The position numbers were made by a program, and so were the translations under genes. The notes beneath the pieces are model-generated. The model was not told where the DNA came from and did no database searches. It was given only the letters and a program-made list of their open reading frames with translations. A DNA stretch of 64,000 nucleotides, from assembly GCA_020852865.1 (NCBI GenBank), contig JADYZZ010000054.1, positions 35,496-99,495 of the forward strand, read 5' to 3'. The stretch is from Rubrivivax sp. (lineage in GTDB: Bacteria; Pseudomonadota; Gammaproteobacteria; Burkholderiales; Burkholderiaceae_C). Shown piece after piece: positions 1 to 12,894 of this stretch; position 1 is the stretch's first letter, and each line of letters begins with the position of its first letter.

Positions 1-2
1 GC

Positions 3-695
3 AGCCAGACCCCCATCGTGCCCCCGATGGCCGACGTCGCGCGCGGCGACGCCCAGGCGGCGGCCGCAGGCGGTGCCGACGCAGCCGTCCATGCGGCGCT
101 CGCCGCAGCGCTCGAGCCGGCACCGGCCACGCGCGCGCCCGACGACCTTGTCGCCGGCGAGCGACCCGTGCTCGCGCCCGGCCCGCCTTCGTTCGTGCGG
201 GCAGCCGAGCGCGCGGCGCGCTGGCGCCGCCCGGGGGTGCGGGCGGCGCTGCTGGCCGCCGTTGCCGCGGCGCTGGCGCTGCTGGCGGCGCAGTGGCTCC
301 ACGCCTACCGCGACTACGCCGCCGCGCGCTGGCCTGCGCTGCGCCCGCTGCTGGTGCAGGCCTGCGGAGTGCTCGGCTGCCGCGTCGCTGCGCTGCGTGC
401 GATCGACGCGCTGGTGGTCGACAGCTCGGGTCTCGTGCGCGTCGACAAGACCGCGCTCTACCGGCTCAGCATCGCGCTGCGCAACCAGCGCGGCTTCGAC
501 GTCGCGCTGCCGGCCCTGGACCTCGCGCTCACCGACCTGCAGGGCCGGCCGATCGCACGGCGCGTGCTGCGCGCGGCCGAGCTCGGGGCCAGCGCGCCTA
601 CGCTGGCCGGCGGCGGCGAGCTCGCGCTGCAGGCCACGCTCGAGATCGCGGCGGCGCCGGTGTCGGGCTATACGATCGAGCTCTTCTACCCCTGA
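3..695 (+). CDS. DUF3426 domain membrane protein (5' end runs off the window)
   Basis: Frame open from the window edge; Pro/Ala-rich linker, one TM helix (AALLAAVAAALALLAAQW), then RxxPxLxLxLTDxxGxxxARRV and GYxxELFYP C-terminus typical of zinc-ribbon/DUF3426 proteins. Confidence 0.8.
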   Translation, partial: SQTPIVPPMADVARGDAQAAAAGGADAAVHAALAAALEPAPATRAPDDLVAGERPVLAPGPPSFVRAAERAARWRRPGVRAALLAAVAAALALLAAQWLHAYRDYAAARWPALRPLLVQACGVLGCRVAALRAIDALVVDSSGLVRVDKTALYRLSIALRNQRGFDVALPALDLALTDLQGRPIARRVLRAAELGASAPTLAGGGELALQATLEIAAAPVSGYTIELFYP

Positions 696-739
696 ACCCA
701 TCGGCCGCGCCGCATGCGCGGCCGCACTGCGGAGTCCCC

Positions 740-1657
740 ATGCCGGCGCTGATCTGCGGCTCGCTCGCCTTCGACACCATCACCACCTTCGGCGGCCGCT
801 TCGCCGAACAGATCCTGCCCGATCAGGTGCACATCCTGAACGTCAGCTTCCTGGTGCCGACGCTGCGCCGCGAATGGGGCGGCTGCGCCGGCAACATCGC
901 CTACAACCTGCACCTGCTCGGCGAGCGGCCGCTGGTGCTGGCGGCGCTCGGCGTCGACGGCGGCGAGTACCTGCGGCGTCTCGAGTCCTGGGGCGCCGAC
1001 ACCTCGCTCGTCTGGCGCGACCCCGAACTGCACACCGCGCAGTGCCACATCACGACCGACCGCGACAACAACCAGATCACGGCCTTCCACCCGGGGGCAA
1101 TGAGCCACGCGCACAAGGTCGCCGTGCCCGCGCGCGGCGAGCGCGACGACATCGCGATCGGCATCGTCGCACCCGACGGCCGCGACGCGATGTGGCAGCA
1201 CGCGGCGCAGATGGACGCCGCAGGCGTCCCCTTCGTCTTCGATCCCGGCCAGCAGTTGCCGCAGTTCGACGGCAGCGAGCACCGCGCGCTGCTCGGCATG
1301 GCGAGCTGGCTCGCGCTCAACGACTACGAGGCGCGGCTGCTCGAGGAACGCACCGGGGAATCGTTGCAGGAGATGTCGCGCCGGCCCAACCTCAGGGGCG
1401 TCGTCGTCACGCTCGGCGCCGACGGCTGCGCGCTGTGGGTGCAGGGCGAGCGCTCGCATGTCGCCGGTGTCGCCGCCGCGCAGGTGGTCGATCCCACGGG
1501 CTGCGGCGACGCCTTCCGCGCCGGGCTGCTCTACGGGCTCGAGCGCGGCTGGCCGCTGCCGCGCTGCCTGGCGCTGGGCAACCGCCTCGGCGCCGCAAAG
1601 GTCGCGAGCCGCGGCCCGCAGAACCACCGCCTCGACGGCGTGCTCGACGGCGTGTAG
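740..1657 (+). CDS. PfkB-family carbohydrate kinase (adenosine kinase-like)
   Basis: MPALICGSLAFD start, GGCAGNIAY, DPGQQ, and DPTGCGDAFRAG PfkB signature. Confidence 0.9.
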   Translation: MPALICGSLAFDTITTFGGRFAEQILPDQVHILNVSFLVPTLRREWGGCAGNIAYNLHLLGERPLVLAALGVDGGEYLRRLESWGADTSLVWRDPELHTAQCHITTDRDNNQITAFHPGAMSHAHKVAVPARGERDDIAIGIVAPDGRDAMWQHAAQMDAAGVPFVFDPGQQLPQFDGSEHRALLGMASWLALNDYEARLLEERTGESLQEMSRRPNLRGVVVTLGADGCALWVQGERSHVAGVAAAQVVDPTGCGDAFRAGLLYGLERGWPLPRCLALGNRLGAAKVASRGPQNHRLDGVLDGV

Positions 1658-1708
1658 CGGCGGCTGACGCCGGCAGCGGGCCAGCGGCCGGGGTCCGCCC
1701 GCGCCGCT

Positions 1709-2773
1709 CTACTGCACCCGCTGCACGAGTTCGCCGCGCGCGTAGCTGTGCGCCATGTCGACCAAGGTGCGCGGCTTGATCTTCGCGGCCTGGCCTTCGC
1801 AGCCGAACTCGAGATAGCGCTGCCTGCACACCTTGTAGGCGGCCTCGCGCGCCGGCTTGAGCCACTCGCGCGCGTCGAACTTCTCGGGGTTCTCGGCCAG
1901 GAACTTGCGCACCGCGCCGGTCATCGCCAGGCGGATGTCGGTGTCGATGTTGACCTTGCGCACGCCGTGCTTGATGGCCTCCTGGATCTCCTCGACCGGC
2001 ACGCCGTAGGTCTCCTTCATGCGGCCGCCGTACTGGTTGATCACGGCGAGCAGCTCCTGCGGCACCGACGACGAGCCGTGCATCACGAGGTGCGTGTCGG
2101 GAATGCGCGCGTGGATCTCCTTGACGCGGCTGATCGCCAGGATGTCGCCGGTGGGCTTGCGCGTGAACTTGTAGGCGCCGTGGCTGGTGCCGATGGCGAT
2201 GGCCAGCGCGTCGAGCTGCGTGGCCTTGACGAACTGCGCCGCCTCCTCCGGGTCGGTGAGCAGCGCGCTGTGGTCGAGCTTGCCCTCGGCGCCGATGCCG
2301 TCCTCCTTGCCCGCTTCGCCGGTTTCGAGGCTGCCCAGGCAGCCCAGTTCGCCCTCGACGGTGACGCCCGCCTTGTGCGCCATCTCGACCACCTTGCGCG
2401 TGACGTCGACGTTGTAGTCGAAGCCGGAAGGCGTCTTGCCGTCTTCCAGCAGCGAGCCGTCCATCATCACCGAGCCGAAGCCCAGCTCGATGGCGCCGGC
2501 GCAGACCTTGGGACTGGTGCCGTGGTCCTGGTGCATGACGAGCGGGATCTGCGGATACGCCTCGGCAGCAGCCTGGATGAGATGCTTGATGAAGCTCTCG
2601 CCGGCGTACTTGCGTGCGCCCGCGCTGGCCTGCAGGATCACCGGCGCGCCCACTTCGGCCGCGGCCGACATCACAGCCTGGATCTGCTCGAGATTGTTGA
2701 CGTTGAAAGCCGGGATCCCGTAGCCGTTTTCCGCGGCATGGTCCAGCAGCTGGCGCATCGAGACGAGAGGCAT
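1709..2773 (-). CDS. fba: Class II fructose-bisphosphate aldolase
   Basis: [42 protein letters not shown] motifs; ATG at 2773. Confidence 0.97.
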   Translation of the reverse strand: MPLVSMRQLLDHAAENGYGIPAFNVNNLEQIQAVMSAAAEVGAPVILQASAGARKYAGESFIKHLIQAAAEAYPQIPLVMHQDHGTSPKVCAGAIELGFGSVMMDGSLLEDGKTPSGFDYNVDVTRKVVEMAHKAGVTVEGELGCLGSLETGEAGKEDGIGAEGKLDHSALLTDPEEAAQFVKATQLDALAIAIGTSHGAYKFTRKPTGDILAISRVKEIHARIPDTHLVMHGSSSVPQELLAVINQYGGRMKETYGVPVEEIQEAIKHGVRKVNIDTDIRLAMTGAVRKFLAENPEKFDAREWLKPAREAAYKVCRQRYLEFGCEGQAAKIKPRTLVDMAHSYARGELVQRVQ

Positions 2774-2973
2774 GGCGGGCTCCGGCAAGAGTGGGATGGA
2801 CAGGTGGCCGCGCGGGCAAGCGGCAGCAACTCTTAATTTTACCGGCGCGGCCTCGGCGGCGAATTGACCGCGATCCATACCGCTGTTCGTTGCGCCGGCC
2901 ATCGGCGCCGCGGCCCACACTCGCGGGCGAGACCGAGCGGCCGGGCATGCCGCAAGGCCGCAGGAAGGACACC

Positions 2974-4008
2974 ATGGCCCGCCCGCACCGCATCGACCTG
3001 GCGCCGCTCACGCAGTGGATCACCGCGGCCGCGCTGCAGCAGCCGCAGGCGCTGCCCGAGCTGCTGATGCAGCGCCTGGCCATCGGCCGGCGCGCTGCCG
3101 GCCGGCTGCTGCAGCGGCTCGCCGCTGCGCAGTGGCTGAGCGTCGAAGGCACGCCGCGTCGGCGGCGCTACCGCCCCGGCGCGCTGCGCCAGGTCGTCGT
3201 GCGCTATGCCCTCGCCGGTCTGCAGGAAGACCAGGCCTGGCGGCGCGACTTCGCACCCTGCCTCCTGTTGCCGGCCGAAGTGCAGCGCATGGCGCAGCAC
3301 GCGTTCACCGAGCTCGTCGACAACGCCGTCGAGCACAGCGGCGGCACGCAGCTCACGGTGTCGCTGCGCCAGACGCCGCTGCAGCTGCAATTGCTCGTCT
3401 CGGACGACGGCTGCGGGCTGTTCCGGCATGTCGCGCGCCACTGCGCGATCGACGAGCCGGCACTGGCGATGCTCGAGCTGGCCAAGGGCAAGCTGACGAG
3501 CGCGCCCGCGCGGCACTGCGGCCGCGGCCTGTGCTTCACTTCGCGGCTGGCCGACGTATTCGACGTGCATGCCGATGGCGCGGGCTTCCAGCGCCGCGCC
3601 TGGCAACCCGGGCAATGGCACGCCAGCGGCACGGCGCTCGCCGGCCGCGCCGGCACCTCGGTCTACCTGGCGATCGCGCTCGATACGCCGCGCACGCTCG
3701 ACGGCGTGCTGCGCGCGGCCAGTCTGGACGGCCGCGGCTACGGCTTCGAGACGACGCGCGTCCCGCTCGGCCTGCTCACCGCCGGCAGCGGCTTGCTCGC
3801 GTCGCGCGCCGACGCGCGCCGCGTCGTCGCACGCCTGGCGCAGTTCCGGCGCGTCGAACTCGACTTCGCCGGCATCGATGCGATCGGGCACGGTTTCGCC
3901 GACGAACTGCTGCGCGTGTTCGGCGGCGCGCATCCCGAGGTCGCCCTCGTGCCGGTGTCCGCCGGCCCGCGCGTGGCGGCGATGCTGCAGGCTGCGGCAG
4001 CGGGCTGA
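2974..4008 (+). CDS. wHTH + HATPase_c + DUF4325 (STAS-like) protein
   Basis: ATG 2974 after GGAAGGA; [13 protein letters not shown]-box, SDDGCG, GRGL; C-terminal SRADARR...[23 protein letters not shown]. Confidence 0.8.
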   Translation: MARPHRIDLAPLTQWITAAALQQPQALPELLMQRLAIGRRAAGRLLQRLAAAQWLSVEGTPRRRRYRPGALRQVVVRYALAGLQEDQAWRRDFAPCLLLPAEVQRMAQHAFTELVDNAVEHSGGTQLTVSLRQTPLQLQLLVSDDGCGLFRHVARHCAIDEPALAMLELAKGKLTSAPARHCGRGLCFTSRLADVFDVHADGAGFQRRAWQPGQWHASGTALAGRAGTSVYLAIALDTPRTLDGVLRAASLDGRGYGFETTRVPLGLLTAGSGLLASRADARRVVARLAQFRRVELDFAGIDAIGHGFADELLRVFGGAHPEVALVPVSAGPRVAAMLQAAAAG

Positions 4009-4070
4009 GCGCCGCCGACAGCGGGCAGCGGGAGCCGGCGCGCGGCGTAGGCAGCGCGCGGCGAGCGCGC

Positions 4071-5501
4071 TCAGCGCACCTCGCCGACCTTGAGCATGTT
4101 GGTGCCGCCGGGGTGCCCCATCGGCTCGCCGCAGGTGATGGCATAGGTGTCGCCCGGCTTGAGCACGCCGCGCTCGACGAGCAGGGCTTCGGCCTGCGCC
4201 AGCGCCGCCTCGCGCTCGGTGACCTTGGGCGTCAGGATCGGGCAGACGTTGCGGTACAGCGCCATGCGCCGCTGCGAGTTCGGCTGCGAGGTCAGGCCGT
4301 AGATCGGCACCTTGATGTTGTGCCGGCTCATCCACAGCGCGGTGCTGCCGCTCTCGGTGAGCGCGATGATCGCCTTGCAGCCCAGGTGGTGCGCGGTGAA
4401 CAGCGCACCCATCGCGATCGCCATGTCGATGCGGCCGAACTGCTTGTTGACGAAGTCCGACTCGAGCTCGATGTCCTCGGCGCGCTCGGCCTCGAGCGCG
4501 ATCAGGTGCATGTGCTCGACCGTCTCCACCGGGTAGCGGCCGGTGGCCGTCTCGGCGCTCAGCATCACGGCGTCGGTGCCGTCGAGCACGGCGTTGGCGA
4601 CGTCGCTCACCTCGGCGCGCGTGGGCACCGGCGCCAGGATCATGCTCTCCATCATCTGCGTGGCGGTGATGGCGACCTTGTCGTGCTCGCGCGCCATGCG
4701 GATCATCTTCTTCTGCAGCGCCGGCACGGCGGCGTTGCCGACCTCGACCGCGAGGTCGCCGCGCGCGACCATGATGCCGTCGCTGGCGCGCAGGATCGCC
4801 TCGAGCTGCGGGATCGCCTCGCTGCGCTCGATCTTGGCGATCATCGCCGGCTTGTGGCGCCAGGCCTCGCCGGCGACGTTGGCGAGCTGGCGCGCCATCT
4901 CCATGTCGGTGGCGCTCTTCGGAAAGCTCACCGCCACGTACTCGGCCTGGAAGGCCATCGCGGTCTTGATGTCCTCCATGTCCTTGGCCGTCAGCGCCGG
5001 CGCGGTGAGCCCGCCGCCGGCCTTGTTGATGCCCTTGTTGTCGCCGAGCTCGCCGCCGAGGACGACGCGCGTGCCCACGCGCTCGCCGTGCACGTCCTCG
5101 ACGGCGAGCTTGATGAGCCCGTCGTTGAGCAGCAGCGTGTCGCCGGGGCGCACGTCGCGCGGCAGCTCCTTGTAGTCGAGCCCCACCGCGCCGGCGTCGC
5201 CCGGTTCGCTGCGCGCCGCATCGAGCACGAAGCGCGCGCCCGCCTCGAGCCTGACGCTGCCGCCGGCGAACTTGCCGACGCGGATCTTCGGGCCCTGCAG
5301 ATCGGCCATCAGCGCCACCGTCTTGCCCACGCGCCCGGCGGCGGCACGCACGAGCTCGGCACGCGCGATGTGGTCCTGCACGCTGCCGTGGCTGAAGTTC
5401 AGCCGCACGACGTCGACGCCGGCGCGCAACAGCCGCTCGAGCACCTCGGGCGCGCTCGATGCAGGGCCGAGGGTGGCGACGATCTTGGTGGCGCGGGTCA
5501 T
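4071..5501 (-). CDS. pyk: Pyruvate kinase
   Basis: TKIVATLGPAS, RLNFSHG, DLQGPKIR, MVARGDLAVE, ATQMMESM, DAVMLSAET; true start is ATG 5501 inside the over-extended track ORF. Confidence 0.97.
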   Translation of the reverse strand: MTRATKIVATLGPASSAPEVLERLLRAGVDVVRLNFSHGSVQDHIARAELVRAAAGRVGKTVALMADLQGPKIRVGKFAGGSVRLEAGARFVLDAARSEPGDAGAVGLDYKELPRDVRPGDTLLLNDGLIKLAVEDVHGERVGTRVVLGGELGDNKGINKAGGGLTAPALTAKDMEDIKTAMAFQAEYVAVSFPKSATDMEMARQLANVAGEAWRHKPAMIAKIERSEAIPQLEAILRASDGIMVARGDLAVEVGNAAVPALQKKMIRMAREHDKVAITATQMMESMILAPVPTRAEVSDVANAVLDGTDAVMLSAETATGRYPVETVEHMHLIALEAERAEDIELESDFVNKQFGRIDMAIAMGALFTAHHLGCKAIIALTESGSTALWMSRHNIKVPIYGLTSQPNSQRRMALYRNVCPILTPKVTEREAALAQAEALLVERGVLKPGDTYAITCGEPMGHPGGTNMLKVGEVR

Positions 5502-5587
5502 GGGCGGGTCGCGAGGCTTGGGGCGGCGCATTATCCGGCCGCCGCCGCTGCACGCGCAGGCGACGCGCGGCGCCGCAGCCCGCCGCG

Positions 5588-7900
<2,313 letters not shown>

Positions 7901-8036
7901 GTCCCGTCTCCTGTTGTCGTGGGCAGCGGAGCGGAGATTACGCCCGAACGGCTGCCGCCGGCGCACGCGTGCGGCGGCGGCTGTTTCGACTGTGGCGCAG
8001 GGAATCGGAGCCCGTGCGACGGCAAGCGTCGCGAGC

Positions 8037-9230
8037 TCAGCCGGCCGCGCGCCGCTCCAGGATCTCGAAGGCCGGCAGCGTCTTGCCCTCCAGCACCTCG
8101 AGGAAGGCACCGCCTCCGGTGCTGATGTAGCCGATGTCGCGCTCGATGCCGTACTTGGCGATCGCCGCCAGCGTATCGCCGCCGCCGGCGATGCTGAACG
8201 CGCTGCTCGCCGCGATGGCGCGCGCCACCGTCTCGGTGCCGTGGGCGAAGGCGTCGAACTCGAACACGCCGACCGGGCCGTTCCAGACGATGGTGCCGGC
8301 CGCCCTCAGCTGCCCGGCCAGCAGCGCGGCCGTCGCCGGGCCGATGTCGAGGATCAGGTCGTCGGCGGCGACCTCGGCCGCCGCCTTGACGGTGGCCGGC
8401 GCGTCGGCCTTGAACTCCTTGGCCACGACGACGTCGCCGGGGATCGGCACTTCGGCGCCCCGCGCCTTCATCGCCTCGATCACTGCGCGCGCCTCGGCCA
8501 CCAGGTCGGGCTCGGCCAGGCTCTTGCCGATCGGCAGTCCGGCAGCGAGCATGAAGGTGTTGGCGATGCCGCCGCCCACCACCAGACCGTCGACCTTGCC
8601 GGCCAGGCTCTTCAGGATCGTCAGCTTGGTGCTGACCTTGCTGCCGGCGACGATGGCCACCAGCGGCCGCTTCGGGTTGGCCAGCGCCTTGCTGATGGCA
8701 TCGATCTCGGCGGCCAGCAAGGGCCCGGCACAGGCCACCTTCGCGAACTGCGCGATGCCGTAGGTGCTGGCCTCGGCACGATGCGCCGTGCCGAAGGCAT
8801 CGTGCACGAAGATGTCGGTGAGCGCGGCCATCTTGCGCGCCAGCACTTCGCTGTTCTTCTTCTCGCCCTTGTTGAGCCGGCAGTTCTCGAGCAGCACCAG
8901 CTCGCCCGGTGCGACCTCGACGCCGTCGACCCAGTCGGCGCGCAGCGGCACCGGCCGGCCGAGCAGTTCGGCCAGGCGCGCGGCCACCGGCGCGAGCGAG
9001 TCCGCGGGCTTGAACTCGCCTTCGGTCGGGCGGCCCAGGTGCGATGTCACCATCACCGCCGCGCCGGCGTCGAGCGCCATGCGAATGCACGGCAGGCTGG
9101 CGCGGATGCGCGTGTCCTCGGTGATGCGGCCGCTCGCGTCCTGCGGCACGTTGAGGTCGGCGCGGATGAACACGCGCTGGCCGCGCACGCGGCCGGCGGA
9201 GACGAGATCGGCGAAACGCAGGATGTTCAT
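8037..9230 (-). CDS. pgk: Phosphoglycerate kinase
   Basis: [46 protein letters not shown]. Confidence 0.98.
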   Translation of the reverse strand: MNILRFADLVSAGRVRGQRVFIRADLNVPQDASGRITEDTRIRASLPCIRMALDAGAAVMVTSHLGRPTEGEFKPADSLAPVAARLAELLGRPVPLRADWVDGVEVAPGELVLLENCRLNKGEKKNSEVLARKMAALTDIFVHDAFGTAHRAEASTYGIAQFAKVACAGPLLAAEIDAISKALANPKRPLVAIVAGSKVSTKLTILKSLAGKVDGLVVGGGIANTFMLAAGLPIGKSLAEPDLVAEARAVIEAMKARGAEVPIPGDVVVAKEFKADAPATVKAAAEVAADDLILDIGPATAALLAGQLRAAGTIVWNGPVGVFEFDAFAHGTETVARAIAASSAFSIAGGGDTLAAIAKYGIERDIGYISTGGGAFLEVLEGKTLPAFEILERRAAG

Positions 9231-9361
9231 GAACGGGCTCGATGCGTGGGTGGGACGGAACGGTTCAAGCTCGATTCTCGGCCAGCGCTGCGCGCGCCAA
9301 GTGGACCGTGATCAACCGGCGTCGCTGCGGCGGCGGCGGCCGCGGCGCGCACCGCCATCGG

Positions 9362-9691
9362 CTACCAGCCCAGCCACAGCCTGAGCGGCAGCATCACCGC
9401 CATGCCGACGACGATCGTGCCGAGGATGCCGCGGCGCCGGAAGTACCAGGCCGCGCCGGCCGCGGCGCCGAACAGGCGCGCGTCGAGCATCGTGGCGACG
9501 AGCCGGCCGTCGGTCATGACGAGCTCGGGCGCGACCACCGCCGCCATCGCCGCCAGCGGCGCGCAGCGCAGCCCGCGGTAGAGCCGGCCTGGCAGCGGCA
9601 GCTCGCGCTCGGTGAAGAAGAACAGGCCGCGCGTGCCGAGCGTGATCGCCGTCAATCCGACGACCAGGATCGTGCCTTCGACGAATCCCAT
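9362..9691 (-). CDS. azlD: AzlD-family branched-chain amino acid exporter small subunit
   Basis: Hydrophobic 109 aa, LRCAPLAAMAAVVAPEL, downstream of an azlC-like sequence. Confidence 0.8.
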   Translation of the reverse strand: MGFVEGTILVVGLTAITLGTRGLFFFTERELPLPGRLYRGLRCAPLAAMAAVVAPELVMTDGRLVATMLDARLFGAAAGAAWYFRRRGILGTIVVGMAVMLPLRLWLGW

Positions 9692-9705
9692 CGCACGCGC
9701 CGTCG

Positions 9706-10450
9706 TCAGGTGCGGTCGTCGAGCGGTGCCGCCGCACGAGAGCCGGTCTCACGCCCGGGATCGAGCAGCAACCCGAGGGCCAGCGCGGCCGCGATCGCCA
9801 CCACGATGTTCAGCTCGAGCGGCAGCGCGTAGGCCGCGACCGCGGCGCAACCGGCGACGGCGCCCGCCACTGCCGTGGCGCGGTCGGTGAGCAGCGAACA
9901 GGCGACGCCGAGCTGCGCCAGCGTGCCGGCGAAGCCCAGCCCCCACGACAGCGGCACCAGGCCGGCGAGCACGATGTCCGCCAGCGAAGGCAGCTGCCAG
10001 GCCAGCCGGTTCGTGACCGCGCCGCCCCAGAAGTACGGCCATTGTTCGGACACCGGCCGCGGCTCGGGGACCCGGCGCATGAACAGCACGTAGGTCAGGT
10101 CGACGGCGAAATGGGCTGGTAGCGTGGTCGCTCGCCGAGCGTGCGCTGCATCCAGTAGGGCCGCCACATCGTGCCGAAGATCAGGAAGCGCAGGTTCACG
10201 CAGGCCGCCGTGGCCCAGGCGACCCAGAGCGGAGCGCCGCCGGCCAGGAGCGGCAGCACGGCCAGTTGCGCGCTTCCGGCGAACATCAGCAGCGACAGCG
10301 CCAGCACCAGCGGCAGTCCGCTGCGGGCCATCGCCACGCCGGTGATCAGCCCCCAGGCGCCGATGCCCAGCGCCGTGCCGGCCATGTCGGCGCGCCACGG
10401 CGGAATTCTGGGTGACGCCAGATCGGCGGCGCGGCGGCGGGAACGCTCAC
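9706..10450 (-). pseudogene. azlC: AzlC-family permease broken by two frameshifts
   Basis: Three frames are needed: VSVPAAAPPIWRHPEFRRGA / (D)MAGTALG...MFAGSAQLA...VNLRF...WRPY / FAVDLTYVLF...; shifts near 10390 and 10110-10140. Confidence 0.8.
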
Positions 10451-10490
10451 GCAGGCATTGTCGGCGCTGCCGCCGGACGCGCGCCGACGT

Positions 10491-10540
10491 CAGCGGCCGT
10501 CAGTGGCCGTCAGTGGCCGTCAGTGGCCGTCAGTGGCCGT
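10491..10540. repeat. 10-bp tandem repeat (CAGTGGCCGT x5, first copy has one mismatch)
   Basis: Read directly; it overlaps the stop codon of the lipoprotein gene. Confidence 0.95.
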
Positions 10541-10973
10541 CGTCGGTCTTAGCAGCCGCGACCTTGGCCGGCTTGCCGCGCTTGTCCGCTGCCTTCTCGG
10601 CGCCCTTCTCGGCGCCCTTGTCGGCCGCCTTGTCCCCGCCCTTGTCCTCCGGCGCGGCCTGCGCGGCGCCCGCCTGGGCATGGGCCTGGCCCGCGGGCTC
10701 GAGGTCCGGCGCCGGCATCGCCTCGAGCTTGTTCTCGCGCATGTAGTCGTTCATCTCGCGCCAGCCGGCAAAGACGGCCGCCTTGTCGGCGCGCTTGTTC
10801 TGCTCGTAGCAGGCCTCGATCGAGCGTGCGGCGTGGCGGCAGGCGCCGCCGATGGCCTTGCCTTCGGCCTCGCGTCGTGCCGCCACCTGGCTGGCCGACT
10901 CGATGCCGAGCTGATCGCAGCCGGCCAGCCAGGGCAAGGCGGCAGCAAGCAGGGCGAGGACGTGTCGGCGCAT
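10530..10973 (-). CDS. Conserved hypothetical lipoprotein
   Basis: MRRHVLALLAAALPWLAGC lipobox-like signal; GKAIGGACRH...GWREMNDYMRE core; low-complexity DK/EK tail. Confidence 0.75.
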   Translation of the reverse strand: MRRHVLALLAAALPWLAGCDQLGIESASQVAARREAEGKAIGGACRHAARSIEACYEQNKRADKAAVFAGWREMNDYMRENKLEAMPAPDLEPAGQAHAQAGAAQAAPEDKGGDKAADKGAEKGAEKAADKRGKPAKVAAAKTDDGH

Positions 10974-11078
10974 GGCGGGCGGCGAGGGGCTGGTTTCGTT
11001 ATCGACCCGCGCCGGTCGGGCTTGAGACCGCAAGGTCTCGGATCGCGCGCGCTGGAGGAATTCGCGCGCGCGTTCGCG

Positions 11079-12035
11079 TCAGGCAAGGCCGAGTCGCGGC
11101 AGCAGCTCGCGCGCGCGCTGGCGTCGGCCGCCGGGCAGTTGCAGCTCGAGCAGCTCGAGCGCGCCTTGGCCGCAGGCGACGACGAGGCGGCCCGTGCCGG
11201 CGTCGATCCGCGCGCCCGGCGTCGCATCCGCGGCCGGCAGCACGGCGGCGCGCCAGACCTTCAGCGTCTGCCCGCCGATCTCGGCCGTGCAGCCCGGAAA
11301 GGGGTCGAACGCGCGGATGCGCCGCTCGAGCGCGGCGGCGTCGGCACGCCAGTCGAGTGCTGCTTCGGCCTTGTCGATCTTGTGCGCGTAGCACGCGCCC
11401 GCCGCAGGCTGCGCGCGCGGCACCAGCGCGTCGAGCTGCCGCAGCGCCTGCACCACCAGCCGGGCGCCGAGTGCCGCCAGCGCCGCCGTCAGCGTGGCGC
11501 CGGTGTCGGCGGCAGTGATCGGCAGCGCGCGCTCGAGCAGCATCGGCCCGGTGTCGAGCCCGGCGTCCATCTGCATGATCGTGACGCCGGTCTCGCGGTC
11601 GCCGGCCTCGATGGCACGTTGCACCGGAGCAGCGCCGCGCCAGCGCGGCAGCAGCGAGGCGTGGATGTTCAGGCAGCCGCGCAGCGGCAGGGCCAGCACC
11701 CAGGGCGGCAGGATCAGGCCGTAGGCCGCCACCACCAGGACGTCGGGCCGCGCCGCCTCGAGCGAGGCGCGCGCGGCCTCGGCGTCGGCGGCGAAACGGC
11801 CGTCCAGGCGCAGGCTGCGCGGCTGCGCCAGCGGCAGCGCGGCGCCGAGCGCGTACTGCTTCACCGCCGAGGCCTGCAGCTTCATGCCGCGCCCGGCCGG
11901 CCGGTCGGGCTGGGTCAGCACCAGCGGCACGTCGAAGCCGGCCAGCACGATGGCTTCGAGTGCAGCGCGTGCGAACTCGGGCGTGCCGGCGAAGGCCGCG
12001 CGCGTTACGGGCGAGAGCCAGGCACCCGCGTTCAT
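11079..12035 (-). CDS. fmt: Methionyl-tRNA formyltransferase
   Basis: [42 protein letters not shown]; AGGAGA RBS. Confidence 0.97.
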   Translation of the reverse strand: MNAGAWLSPVTRAAFAGTPEFARAALEAIVLAGFDVPLVLTQPDRPAGRGMKLQASAVKQYALGAALPLAQPRSLRLDGRFAADAEAARASLEAARPDVLVVAAYGLILPPWVLALPLRGCLNIHASLLPRWRGAAPVQRAIEAGDRETGVTIMQMDAGLDTGPMLLERALPITAADTGATLTAALAALGARLVVQALRQLDALVPRAQPAAGACYAHKIDKAEAALDWRADAAALERRIRAFDPFPGCTAEIGGQTLKVWRAAVLPAADATPGARIDAGTGRLVVACGQGALELLELQLPGGRRQRARELLPRLGLA

Positions 12036-12063
12036 CGGTCTCCTGACGAACGTGAGCGAGCGC

Positions 12064-12579
12064 TCACGCGCGGCGTTGCTCTTCGCGTGAGCGCTTGAGC
12101 ATCTTGCTGCGGATGCGGTCGCGCTTGAAGGCGCTCAGGTACTCGACGAAAACCTTGCCCACGAGGTGGTCCATCTCGTGCTGCACGCACACGGCCGTCA
12201 GACTCTCGGCCTCGAGCTCGAACCCGGCGCCGTCGCGGCCGAGCGCGCGCAGCGTGACACGCGCCGCACGCTCGACGCGGTCGTAGATCTGCGGTACGGA
12301 AAGGCAACCCTCCTCCGCCACCACCGTCTCGTCGCTGCGCGCGACGATCTCGGGGTTGATCAGCACCAGCGGCCGGTCACGCGCTTCGGAGGTGTCCATC
12401 ACGATCACGCGTTCGTGCACGTCGACCTGCGTCGCAGCCAGGCCCACGCCCTCGGCAGCGTACATGGTCTCGAGCATGTCGTCGACGAGGCGCCGGATGC
12501 GCTCGTCGACCACGGCCACGGGCCGCGCCACGGTGTGCAGGCGCGGGTCGGGATAGCGCAGGATCGTCAGTTGCGGCAT
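12064..12579 (-). CDS. def: Peptide deformylase
   Basis: [23 protein letters not shown] motifs. Confidence 0.98.
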   Translation of the reverse strand: MPQLTILRYPDPRLHTVARPVAVVDERIRRLVDDMLETMYAAEGVGLAATQVDVHERVIVMDTSEARDRPLVLINPEIVARSDETVVAEEGCLSVPQIYDRVERAARVTLRALGRDGAGFELEAESLTAVCVQHEMDHLVGKVFVEYLSAFKRDRIRSKMLKRSREEQRRA

Positions 12580-12894
12580 GTCGGGCTGGCGGCGTCTTTC
12601 CGGTCGGGGAGGCCTGCAACCGGAGATGGGGTCGGCGAAACAGCCCGCAACAGCTGTGGAGCGCTCGCAACGCAGACGGCGAAACAGGTCCGATGCGAGT
12701 GCAATCGTGACGGAGGTTTCATTGCGACATCAAGGGTTTAGGGGCAGAATCTGCGAAACCAAATGAGCATTGCGGCGTCGCCCGGGGCGGCGGTCGCAAC
12801 AGCCCGCAGTGCAGCCCGCGCCCGGGTGTGTGCAGGAAGCTCGATTTTCGCATCCGCCGCGCGGCGGCCCAGAGCGCACCGGAGAGACCGCTTG

